NCBI GenBank assembly: GCA_010909165.1
Contig: MU008222.1
Location: 105,965 to 169,964 of the forward strand
Length of the DNA: 64,000 nt
DNA from: Anthoceros angustus
Taxonomy: Eukaryota; Plantae; Anthocerotophyta
Direction of reading: 5' to 3'
Under the pieces are notes generated by a model. It was not told where the DNA came from, did no database searches, and was given only the letters and a program-made list of their open reading frames with translations. Shown here one piece after another: positions 48,832 to 59,925 of the stretch. The translations under genes were made by a program, and so were the position numbers. Position 1 is the stretch's first letter. Each line of letters opens with the position of its first letter.

Positions 48832-51230
48832 CCTGCAAATGGGTTTTCAAGCTCAAGGTTAAGACTGATGATTCTTTTGATAGGAACAAAGGTTGCTTAG
48901 TTGCTCGAGGTTTCTCGCAAGTTGAAGGACTTGATTACCTCAAGACCTTCGCTCCACATGTGGAAGATTGGTCTTAGGAGTAGGGACGAAATTGCGGTGT
49001 GGGTTAGGGGTCCACAGGCGCCGTGGCGCTCCTTCGCTAAGACATGACCTGCAATTGTGTTGTGTCGTTGTAGGTCGAGAATTGGTGAATTTCGGGCGGT
49101 CTGGTGGTGCAGTGTTGTAAGGGGAGCCGAGGTAGTGTATAGTGTATAGGCTGCGGTGATTGATTTCCCAAGATCCGACTGGTTCCACAAGTCTCATGGG
49201 ATGAAACCCAACTTATGAAGCAGCGTGGGATAAGTGTGGCCACTAGAGGGTGAATCTCGGAAGCCCCGTGATTTTCCTCCCACACCTGCAAATGGGTTTT
49301 CAAGCTCAAGGTTAAGACTGATGATTCTTTTGATAGGAACAAAGGTTGCTTAGTTGCTCGAGGTTTCTCGCAAGTTGAAGGACTTGATTACCTCAAGACC
49401 TTCGCTCCTGTTGTAAAGCTAGCCACCCTGCGAGCATTGTGCGCCGTATCAGCATATAAAGATTATGAGCCACAAATGTTTGATGTTAAAACAATATTCT
49501 TACATGGAAAGCTAGATACATAAATATATATGCAACAACCTCCTGGATATGAGGTGAAAGGAAAAGAAGTGCCATGGTTGCAAGTTGATCAAAACTCACA
49601 TATGGGCTAAAACAATCAGCAATGGAGTGGAGCACCATCCTAGATGAAGCGTGGCATTAGGTTTCATCAAAAGTAAGGCCAATGGCAGTTTGTATGTATA
49701 CATCAAAGGAGATGTGGTGTGTTACTTAGTTGTCTACGTGGACGACTTGATTCTCTCCGGACCGAGTATATCAACACCATAACAAACTTGCTTGCAACAA
49801 AGTTTGAAATGTCAAAGCTTGGTCCACTTTAAAGTTGCCTTGGAATTCACATTCAAAGGAATAGGAAGAAGAGAGTCATTACTTTGACTCAACCAAGGTA
49901 CTTGGCCGATTACTGCCGCTTAAGCTTAGGCCTAAAGGATGCCAAGGTTGCGGCAACACCTCTTCAGATGCTTTGAAGTTGAGCAAGAGTATGTCACCTA
50001 TGACCGCAGTAGAGAAGGATCGGATGTCTAATGTTCCATATCGTCAAGGTGTGGGTAAGCTCATATATGCAAATACAACACGACATGAAGTGGCCTTCTC
50101 TATCGGTATTGTCGTGATTTTCCTCCACACACAAATGGGTTTTCAAGCTCAAGGTTAAGGCCCGTGATTCTTTTGATAGGAACAAAGGTTGCTTAGTTGC
50201 TCGAGGTTTCTCGCAAGTTGAAGGACTTGATTACCTCAAGACCTTCGCTCCTGTTGTAAAGCTAGCCACCCTGCGAGCATTGTGCGCCGTATCAGCATAT
50301 AAAGATTATGAGCCACAAATGTTTGATGTTAAAACAATATTCTTACATGGAAAGCTAGATACATAAATATATATGCAACAACCTCCTGGATATGAGGTGA
50401 AAGGAAAAGAGTACTTAGTTTGCAAGTTGATCAAAACTCTGTATGGGCTAAAACAATCAGCAATGGAGTGGAGCACCATCCTAGATGAAGAACTGTTAGC
50501 ATTAGGTTTCATCAAAAGTAAGGCCAATGGCAGTTTGTATGTATACATCAAAGGAGATGTGGTGTGTTACTTAGTTGTCTACGTGGACGACTTGATTCTC
50601 TCCAGCAACAGCCAGGAGTATATCAACACCATAACAAACTTGCTTGCAACAAAGTTTGAAATGTCAAAGCTTGGTCCACTTTAAAGTTGCCTTGGAATTC
50701 ACATTCAAAGGAATAGGAAGAAGAGAGTCATTACTTTGACTCAACCAAGGTACTTACTTGACAGTGCACAGCAACTAGGCCTAAAGGATGCCAAGGTTGC
50801 GGCAACACCTCTTCCCAGTAGCCTGAAGTTGAGCAAGAGTATGTCACCTATGACACAAGTAGAGAAGGATCAGATGTCTAATGTTCCATATCGTCAAGGT
50901 GTGGGTAAGCTCATATATGCAGCAAATACAACACGACATGAAGTGGCCTTCTCTATCAGCGTATTGTCGTAGTTTTTAGAAAACCCTGGACAAGAGCACT
51001 GGACATGTGTCAAGAGAGTGTTTAGATATTTGAAAGGCACATCTCACAGAGGGATAAAATATGCTTACCAGGCAGGTGTCCCTCTTGATCTTGAAGTTTA
51101 TACAGACTCTAACTATGCCGGAGATGTTGATAGCCACAAATCAGTGTCAGGATATGTGGTATGTATAGCAGGAGGCCCCATTTGCTGGTCAAGCAAAAAG
51201 CAGCCTATAGTAGCACTCTCGAGCACAGAC
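48832..51230 (+). pseudogene. Ty1/Copia RT and start of RNase H (truncated, locally duplicated)
   Basis: CKWVFKLK, LVARGFSQVEGLDY, LYGLKQS, YVDDLIL, YTDSNYAGD..WSSKKQPIVALSST. Confidence 0.92.
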
Positions 51231-51672
51231 GGCGTGTTATGCAACCCTTGCCAAAAAAAAAAGTCATGTGCTTCTCCTTGGGTGACATCTATATGTGGGT
51301 CCATTGAAACTTCACGATCAAGCATCTACACTATTAGAATGTGGGTCCATTGAAACTTCACGGTTAAGCATCTACACTACTAGAATGGGGTATTATGTAC
51401 CCCTTGCCAGAAAAAAAACTCCTATACATTCTCCAAGAGTGACATCTACATGCAGGTCCATTGGAACTCCACGGTCAAGCATCCATGAGTTTGATCACTA
51501 CTAGGATGGGTTGTTCTACACCCCTTGCTAGAAAAACAGTCTTATGGTGCCGCCTGTTGTAAAAAATATCCTACGGTCAAGCATCCATGAGTTTGATCAC
51601 TACTAGGATGGGGTGTTATGCACCCCTTGCTAAGTGCCGCCTGTTGTAAAAAATATCCTACGGTGCTACTCT
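51231..51672. repeat. Degenerate ~110-bp tandem repeat array at the edge of the TE island
   Basis: Recurring GGGTGTTATGCACCCCTTGC, GGTCCATTGRAACTYCACGGTCAAGCATC and CACTACTAGRATG. Confidence 0.75.
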
Positions 51673-51972
51673 GAATATATTTCGCTTTATATTCTCACAA
51701 AAAAAACTTTCCAAGTGTCACAGGGTACGCAATAGGTAGTAACAACAGCTCTAACGCAGACTTGGGATCATTCCCATCACAGCATATCATCGAGCGCGGC
51801 GCCCGTACATCAGACATCATCGTACGGCGTATTGAACGCGAGTTTTTTCTGTTAGTCTGGGGAAGGAACCATGTGAAGAAACGGGACCACGATAGTGAAA
51901 CCAGCAGCCAGGAGTGTGCAGGTTTCTGAGCGTGGGCACTACTTGACGTTCCGTGGCAGCTGGCGGGTCACA

Positions 51973-54900
51973 ATGACGTCGGAAACCACTCCCAAAATGC
52001 TCCTATATCCTCCCAAATCAGAGTATATATCCACGTTCTGGCGAGGTACTGAGGCCTGTCAAGTATTTTCTCCATGTTTCTGTGGGAGTGGAGGAGCCGG
52101 CGATAGGGGAGTAACACGTTATTAATGTGCAGATAAGTACGAAAAGGAAGCAAGTAAGAACTGGAATCGCTTCTATCAGCGCAATGCAAATAGGGTGAGG
52201 AAGCTTTTCATGGCTACTGCACTTGCAGAAAAGTGAGCACCGCCTTATGTTGCTTTTTGAAGGTTACCGTCTTTGATCGCAGTTCTTCAAGGACAGGCAT
52301 TACCTTGACAAAGAATGGGGACCCTACTTCTCAAACATGGTATGTACGTATAATTTGACTTCATTACTTGAGCTGTACAAGTCTTCTCGGCCAAGTCAAA
52401 TTGTCGACACGAGCGAATCTAACCTGTTTAAGCACTTAGGATAAGAGCTCCATTCTCGACAAGTGTGTCGTCTTGGAGGTTAGCCTTCATCTTTGAGCTA
52501 AGTTTGGTACATCATGTTATTTCTCCGCAAGATGGGATAATGGGCTTGTTTTGCAGGTCGGGTGCGGCACAGGCAACAGTATCTATCCTCTCATATCTGA
52601 ATATCCTCCCAAATCAGAGTATATATCCACGTTCTGGCGAGGTACTGAGGCCTGTCAAGTATTTTCTCCATGTTTCTGTGGGAGTGGAGGAGCCGGCGAT
52701 AGGGGAGTAACACGTTATTAATGTGCAGATAAGTACGAAAAGGAAGCAAGTAAGAACTGGAATCGCTTCTATCAGCGCAATGCAAATAGGGTGAGGAAGC
52801 TTTTCATGGCTACTGCAGAAAAGTGAGCACCGCCATATGTTGCTTTTGAAGGTTACCGTCTTTGATCGCAGTTCTTCAAGGACAGGCATTACCTTGACAA
52901 AGAATGGGGACCCTACTTCTCAAACATGGTATGTACGTATAATTTGACTTCATTACTTGAGCTGTACAAGTCTTCTCGGCCAAGTCAAATTGTCGACACG
53001 AGCGAATCTAACCTGTTTAAGCACTTAGGATAAGAGCTCCATTCTCGACAAGTGTGTCGTCTTGGAGGTTAGCCTTCATCTTTGAGCTAAGTTTGGTACA
53101 TCATGTTATTTCTCCATAAAGATGGGATAATGGGCTTGTTTTGCAGGTCGGGTGCGGCACAGGCAACAGTATCTATCCTCTCATATCTGAATATCCTCCC
53201 AAATCAGAGTATATATCCACGTTCTGGCGAGGTACTGAGGCCTGTCAAGTATTTTCTCCATGTTTCTGTGGGAGTGGAGGAGCCGGCGATAGGGGAGTAA
53301 CACGTTATTAATGTGCAGATAAGTACGAAAAGGAAGCAAGTAAGAACTGGAATCGCTTCTATCAGCGCAATGCAAATAGGGTGAGGAAGCTTTTCATGGC
53401 TACTGCAGAAAAGTGAGCACCGCCATATGTTGCTTTTGAAGGTTACCGTCTTTGATCGCAGTTCTTCAAGGACAGGCATTACCTTGACAAAGAATGGGGA
53501 CCCTACTTCTCAAACATGGTATGTACGTATAATTTGACTTCATTACTTGAGCTGTACAAGTCTTCTCGGCCAAGTCAAATTGTCGACACGAGCGAATCTA
53601 ACCTGTTTAAGCACTTAGGATAAGAGCTCCATTCTCGACAAGTGTGTCGTCTTGGAGGTTAGCCTTCATCTTTGAGCTAAGTTTGGTACATCATGTTATT
53701 TCTCCGCAAGATGGGATAATGGGCTTGTTTTGCAGGTCGGGTGCGGCACAGGCAACAGTATCTATCCTCTCATATCTGAATATCCTCACCTGTTCGTGTA
53801 TGCATGTGACTTTGCTTCCACTGCAGTCGATCTAGTGAAAGTACAGTTCTCACCTGCAGCTTTGCAAGATCATCTTGATGTAAATAGTGTTTGGTTTAAG
53901 TTCTTGTATGTGTTGCAGACTTGAACATTTGGTCGATGTCAAATTCAGTTATGAGGAGCACATGGTTATTCTATTTGTGTATTTGCAGACGTGAACATTC
54001 TGTTGACTTCAAATGCAGCTGTTAGGAACACATAATTTCAGAAGAGAACATTTTGGTTGAACTCCATCACTCTGAGCTGGCTTCTTGTGATTGCAGGCTC
54101 ACCCAGAATATAGTGAAACTCGAGTAAATGCATTTATTTGTGTATTTGCAGACGTGAACATTCTGTTGACTTCAAATGCAGCTGTTAGGAACACATAATT
54201 TCAGAAGAGAACATTTTGGTTGAACTCCATCACTCTGAGCTGGCTTCTTGTGATTGCAGGCTCACCCAGAATATAGTGAAACTCGAGTAAATGCATTTGT
54301 GTGTGACGTCACTTCAGATGATCTCTGTAGCACAGTACCTGTCAAGGCAATTGACGTTGTCACTCTGGTAAAGTTCGGATATAACGTGCTCAGGAATGTC
54401 CAAATTTCCTGGGGATTTGGATCGGTATGCTGTTTCCATATGCTTGAGTCATGGACCTGGCCTGCTTGTCTGGTGTTCTATTGTGTGCAGATCTTTATGC
54501 TTTCAGCTGTGTCACCAGAGAAAATGCCCTCTGTTCTGAAGAACATTAAGACCACTCTGAAGGTGCAAAACACATGTTGGCTATGCCTTTTCTTATGCTT
54601 TTTTTTCCAGTTGAAGATGACAGCCGGTGGGTGGCCTCCTTGTGATATCTGACAGCCAGGTGGTCGTGTGCTTGTGAGAGACTATGGTACTGGTGATCTT
54701 GCTCAGGTGTATTCTCTGGTCAAATCTTTGGTTTGGCCCAGACCTGATCGACATTGCTTCAGCAGTAGAAACTATGTTAGCTTTGGTGTCAATGTGGGCT
54801 TATGGTCCAGGTTTTTCTACTGCAGGAGAGACTGAAGCAGAAGGATAAGAAAATCTGTGAGAATTTTTTCGCAAAAGGTGATGGCACTGTAAGTTCAAGA

Positions 54901-55263
54901 TTGTGCAGGGAGATCATTGCAGTGCTTTGGATGTGGCATTGTGGATGGTACTGTCTGCATCTGTGTTTCGGCTTGAACTATACTCTGGAATGCAGCGATC
55001 ATACTATTTCTCAGAGGAGTTTCTCGTAGCGCTTTTTGCAAAGGAAGGCTTCAGTTGTGAGGAGATCAAGACTCACTGTCGATCAGTGGAAAACCGGGGC
55101 AGGAAGATCGTTATGCACAGGTAAGTTGTCTGACGCCTCAAAAGTTGAAATCGTGATACCATGTATTTTAACAGCTGGCTGTTCAATTATCCACAGGCGC
55201 TGGGTACAAGGAGCTTTCCGTTTGCAGAATGTTTCTAGCGCCACTCAAGAGCAGTCTTCATGA
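51973..55263 (+). CDS. METTL6: METTL6/METTL2-like tRNA N3-methylcytidine methyltransferase (multi-exon; 5' exons triplicated in this sequence)
   Basis: Spliced peptides NWNRFY, FFKDRHYLDKEWG, LEVGCGTGNSIYPL, VYACDF, IFMLSAVSPEKM, RDYGTGDLAQ, GDGTRSYYFS, RRWVQG; GT-AG introns. Confidence 0.9.
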
Positions 55264-55478
55264 CGTGGAAGTGCTTGTCCCAGGCTATGGTTTAGCCCTC
55301 TACCATGCATCTCCTCATAAATCTGCCGCCTGCTTTAGCGGGATATAAGACTGCCACTCGCCTTCAGAGGCTGCACAGTTCATGAGAGGAACTGGCGACA
55401 AATATTGATAAAACATTAAATTATAGATTTCATATGTCTGCATATGGTGCCAGCGTTAAACGGGGCGTGCATTTGCGC

Positions 55479-56480
55479 TCAACGTCTTTGGCCTTGTATG
55501 GTGATGCAGATGCTTCGAGAACCCCCATTATTCCGATGTTCATTCAGCCAGATGCCCTGCGTCACCGGAGTCATGACTGGTCAGGCGAGATTGTTCCACC
55601 GCAGAAACATAGCAAACGAGGGAATTATGAACAACCTGCCAAGTGCCGAGATTGAACTTCCCCGCTGTGATCGGAAGGGATAAGGAGCAACCCAGTAGGG
55701 AGGATTTTACATGAGCTGCGACGGTGCGAGCATAATGAGCACAGAATGACACGGGCGGTCAGTAACACAAAAGATGGTGCTGGAAGGCTGAGGCAGTCAC
55801 TACCAGGCATATCATCAAGACCTTCATCAAGATGGCGATAGCCACGGCCCTGCATGAATTAAGGCGCGCGTTAGAAGAGCGTGCACGGCACATGCGATGG
55901 GAGAGAGTAGTAACTGACCTCTGGTACTATCTTGTTCAGGGTATCCTCCATGTCCAGAGGGACATCTGGACTGTAATTCTCGTTGACGGTGAGGCTGGCA
56001 GATGTATGCAGCACTGTGCAAGTACTTTAACAATGGTAAGAACCACAAAGAGATGCGACCAAGGAGTAAGCAAGGACAATCGGTGCGGAAGGAAACGCAA
56101 TCAGTGCTAGTAAGTATCTTGCAAGAGATGGAAAGTGGTCGGAAGGGTATCGTTTTTCTGCTCTACTGTATCTTACGGAAGAGGTGGGCGACTCCAACTG
56201 CGTAGTGCTGTAGCTCAGGCACGTCCTTGTAGATTTGCTGAGTGATGATGTGACATCCTCTGAGGAGCAGACAGGGTGAGACGCAAGCTATAGAAGTCGG
56301 GGAGCACAGGAGGCAAAGGGTAGAACCTGTTGAATGGGCGCAGTTTGATGGTCTTTTGAAACCACTCGCTGCCTACAACGCCACGCCACGCCACGTGAGG
56401 CCGGCAAAGCAAGTGTGATTGTGAGTCACGGAGAGGAAACTCTAGGCGGTAAGCGCACAGCAAAGGCGACGAGGCGTACC
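55479..56480 (-). CDS. YjbQ/UPF0047 family protein, paralogue 1 (start uncertain)
   Basis: [65 protein letters not shown]. Confidence 0.85.
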
Positions 56481-56617
56481 CATCGGGATGTGAGGCAATG
56501 GTGCAGCCGGAAGACGCTGTGAATATGAGCTGCAAAAGAGGGGGTTTAGGAGGTTAGGTGTCAGCTACTACCAACCTCCAAGACCATGTCTAGGAAGCAG
56601 CCCCTGTACCTTTGCTT

Positions 56618-56722
56618 TCTTCTTTCCCCTTACCCTTTACCAGTTAGTCGTTGCTTCTTTCCCCTTACCCTTTATCAGTTAGTCGTTGCTTCTTTCCCCT
56701 TACCCTTTACGAGTTAGTCGTT
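56618..56722. repeat. 35-bp tandem repeat x3 in a divergent intergenic region
   Basis: Unit approximately CTTCTTTCCCCTTACCCTTTAYCAGTTAGTCGTTG. Confidence 0.9.
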
Positions 56723-56868
56723 TCCACTGCTGCTTGCAAGCTCACGCACCAAACGCCGTCACGCTTGCAAAGCGCAGTCGCACTAGTTCAATCCACCTCT
56801 AGTCCTGCAAGCGGACCGCGGTTGCCCTGATCCAGCAGGAAGGCGAGCAACCAGACTCCAGAGCCGCG

Positions 56869-57709
56869 ATGGCGGGCTTGTTTGATCTTGAGAAACAATT
56901 TGCCTTTTACGGGTCTTACCACAGCAATCCCATCAACGTGCTCATTCACGTACTGTTCGTGTGGCCAATATTCCTCTCCTCCCTCGTTTTGCTGGCCTTC
57001 ACGCAAGCCCTTGCCCCCCTGCCCTTCGCGCCTGGTTCCTTTCCCGGCCAGCAATTCATGGTGCTCAACTGGAGCTCTGTTCTTGCTTTCATGTATGCTC
57101 TCTACTATGTGGCTCTGGATAAGAAGGCAGGCTCCTTAGCTGCTGTCCTGTGCCTGGTCTGCTGGGTATCAAGCAATGCAATTGCCCAAACTTTGGGCTT
57201 CCATCTGGGCTGGAAGGTACTTGCAGTTTCATTCGGAGTGGCTCACCTGCTTCGGCAAATTCGCTTCTCACATTCGATCTCGTTGTTGCAGGTGGTTCTG
57301 GTGTCACAAACGGTGTGCTGGGTCTCCCAATTTGTAGGTCACGGCGTGTTTGAGGTATGGCTTCCATCTCTAACCAAGGCCGCCTTTACGGCTTTGTTTA
57401 ATTAATGATTCTCCGCTTCTGCATCATCTTCACAGCGCCGTGCACCCGCTCTGCTGGATAACCTCTCTCAGGCTTTTCTTATGGCACCATTCTTCGTGCT
57501 CCTTGAGGTAGGTGCTGCATATGTGTACTCCCTGTTTCATTACAGAGCTGTGTTCGTAACGGTTGTAGTTCGGTTCACAATTGTATTTTGGCCTTTGGCA
57601 GATCTTGCAGTTGCTCTTCTCATATGAGCCATATCCAGGATTCCACGAAAGAGTGTCTGCAATGGTCCGCAGTAACATAGCTAAGTTCAGAGCTCAGAAA
57701 CGCACTTAA
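56869..57709 (+). CDS. Mpo1-like (DUF962) 2-hydroxy fatty acid dioxygenase-like membrane protein, 4 exons
   Basis: MAGLFDLEKQFAFYGSYHSNPINVLIH, QFVGHGVFE, RRAPALLDNLSQAFLMAPFFVLLE, YEPYPGF. Confidence 0.92.
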
Positions 57710-58051
57710 AGCTGTGTTTTACAGTGAGATGATGTAAAAACGTGAATGTAATAGGGCATCAGAGCACCCGATCAAGTTACGATCGAGAGTGTTAGCTGAC
57801 AGAATAGTGAGTTCTCAGCTCCCTAGATTGCGGCACAACGGCCATATTCTCAGAAGCGAGCTTTCCAGGACACGGGACATGTCATTTCGCTGGGTTGCTC
57901 AGTTAAAGAAGGGTTCCGCACTTGGTACGTTGTGTGTGCTCATCACCTGATGTATTATCTGAACAACCTGCAGGTTCGCAGAAGAGAGTTTCTAAGATCC
58001 TACTCACCTTGGACTCATCAAGAGCAAACAAACATAACCCGTACAAGAACG

Positions 58052-59406
58052 TTACCTCCCATCAGGACGCTTCTCTCCCTGTAAGGTTATGCACAGCCTT
58101 CGGAACCCACCATTGTCTCGATGCTCATTCAGCCAAATTCCCTATCAAACATCGAAGGAACATGCAAAATTTTGCGTTGAGACGGTTTCTCCTTTCAAGG
58201 TGTTCACGCTATGATTGCCTACCTGCCAGATTCCGAGGTTCAACCTGCCGCCCGTGATTGGAATGGTCAAAGATGAACCCATCATGGAAGCCTTAACATG
58301 TGCTGTGTCATGAGGACATAACAAGGCAGCAAGTTTAGAGGACCCTCTAAAACAATCAGCAGGATACAGAAGAATCACAAGTGCCCGCACCCACATACCA
58401 GGCATATCGTCAAGTCCTTCATCAAGATGCCGATAGAATTGGCCCTGTAGAGTCATGTAGTGTAGTTGTTACTGTGAACTTCAAAGACAGCTCCAACACA
58501 AGGCCCAAAGTTACATAGAGAGGATTGCAAAACGCCACTTACTTGAGGGACAATTCTGTTCAACGTGTCCTCCATGTCCAGCGGGACTTCTGGACTTGCG
58601 TTCTCATTTATGGTTAAACTTGCAGATGTGTGCATTACTAGTCAAACAGGCAGACACGAACCTGTGAGAAATATAATTGGAAAAGACAACCGGTTCCCCT
58701 TCTTCACAGCAAAACAGTCGTGGGACTCACCGAAGATGTGGGCAAGGCCGACTTTGAACTGACTTATTTCAGGAACAGCTCTGTATATGTGTTGGGTGAT
58801 GATATGGCAACCCCTGAGTTGAAAGCTTCGGTAAGAAGTCAGGATCGCTTGCAATCCCACTGGCAATTGTGTGCTGTTTGAAGACCTACCTCTTCAGCTG
58901 CGGAAGCTCTACTGTTCGTTGAACCCACTCGGTTCTTGAGGTTGATACTGGTGAAAAAGTGTAGGTTGAGTTAGAGATGTGTGATGGGAGTAGCTTTGCG
59001 ACAATACAGATGGAAATAGCTACAAACCCAACACCTCATCAGCAATAAAGGGAAATCCCGGGAAGCTCAGCTGATGGACCAAACACACTCACAATTTCCG
59101 GTGCTTGCCTCACACTTCAAACCGTCGCGGAAGACTAGTCCAGCTGCATTGTGTATACTTAAGCCCTGAACAGGAGGCAGCATCAGACCGCATGTGCGGC
59201 AAAGAGCATTCACGCAGTTCCTCCAGAGAAAAGATTGTGGGCATTCATCTGTCCCACCGCCAACTTGTTCAAGGCAAACCTGGTTGCGACAGCTCCAGCG
59301 ATACCGGAGTGGGAGAGGGAAGGAGGAACTGATGGCGAGACAGGTAGTACGGAGACCAGAAGGAGATGGGAGCGCACCGGGCCCAGCGCCAACCGCAGCT
59401 GCCATG
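58052..59406 (-). CDS. YjbQ/UPF0047 family protein, paralogue 2, with a Ser/Ala/Pro-rich transit-peptide-like N-terminus
   Basis: MAAAVGAGPGALPSPSG..; EWVQRTVEL; GCHIIT; HTSASLTINENASPEV; [16 protein letters not shown]; [15 protein letters not shown]. Confidence 0.85.
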
Positions 59407-59925
59407 GTTTGCTAACTTTGCCTTAATCGTAAAAAGGAAGTGCAACTGAAGCAGCTGTTCAACCGGACAAATACTTGTGCACGGTACACGTCTCTCGCAC
59501 AATTCCTCCCAGGCACCACGCTGTGCTCAGACCCCTGAGGACTCCCTTCTTCTGAGCGAAAGCCACGCCAGCGGGCTTCGCCTTCTTGCATCGCGGTCAA
59601 GAGTGTTCAGGTCCTTCCCTCGGCCTGCCCCGAGATCCCTCGCCTGCTGTCGCTGATTTTTCGGTTCCCTCTGCTTCAAACAGCCTCTCGCGTCGTACAT
59701 ACCTGTCTGGGGCATACTGTGCAGTGTTGGTGGCTCTTCACAGATGTTGCCTTCTCATTGCCTCAATCAGCGTGCTACCTCAGACTTCAGGAGCTGATAC
59801 TCCACATATGGGTGCCTGCTTCGCGTACTATCTCAACAGGAGATTTAGCAGGATAGGACAGGCTGCAGAAAAGGGGGTGGTGGACGCCTTCGTCTGACAA
59901 CTTTGCTCAATTGGCTCCTGCACCC

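Noticed and set aside
51370-51390. CACTA terminal repeat (CACTACTAGAA)
   Set aside because: It occurs inside each unit of a tandem array, with no matching opposite terminus or TSD.
55479-59406. Recent bacterial gene transfer or contamination (YjbQ, DUF962, pentapeptide repeats)
   Set aside because: All carry spliceosomal introns and belong to families already widespread in plants.
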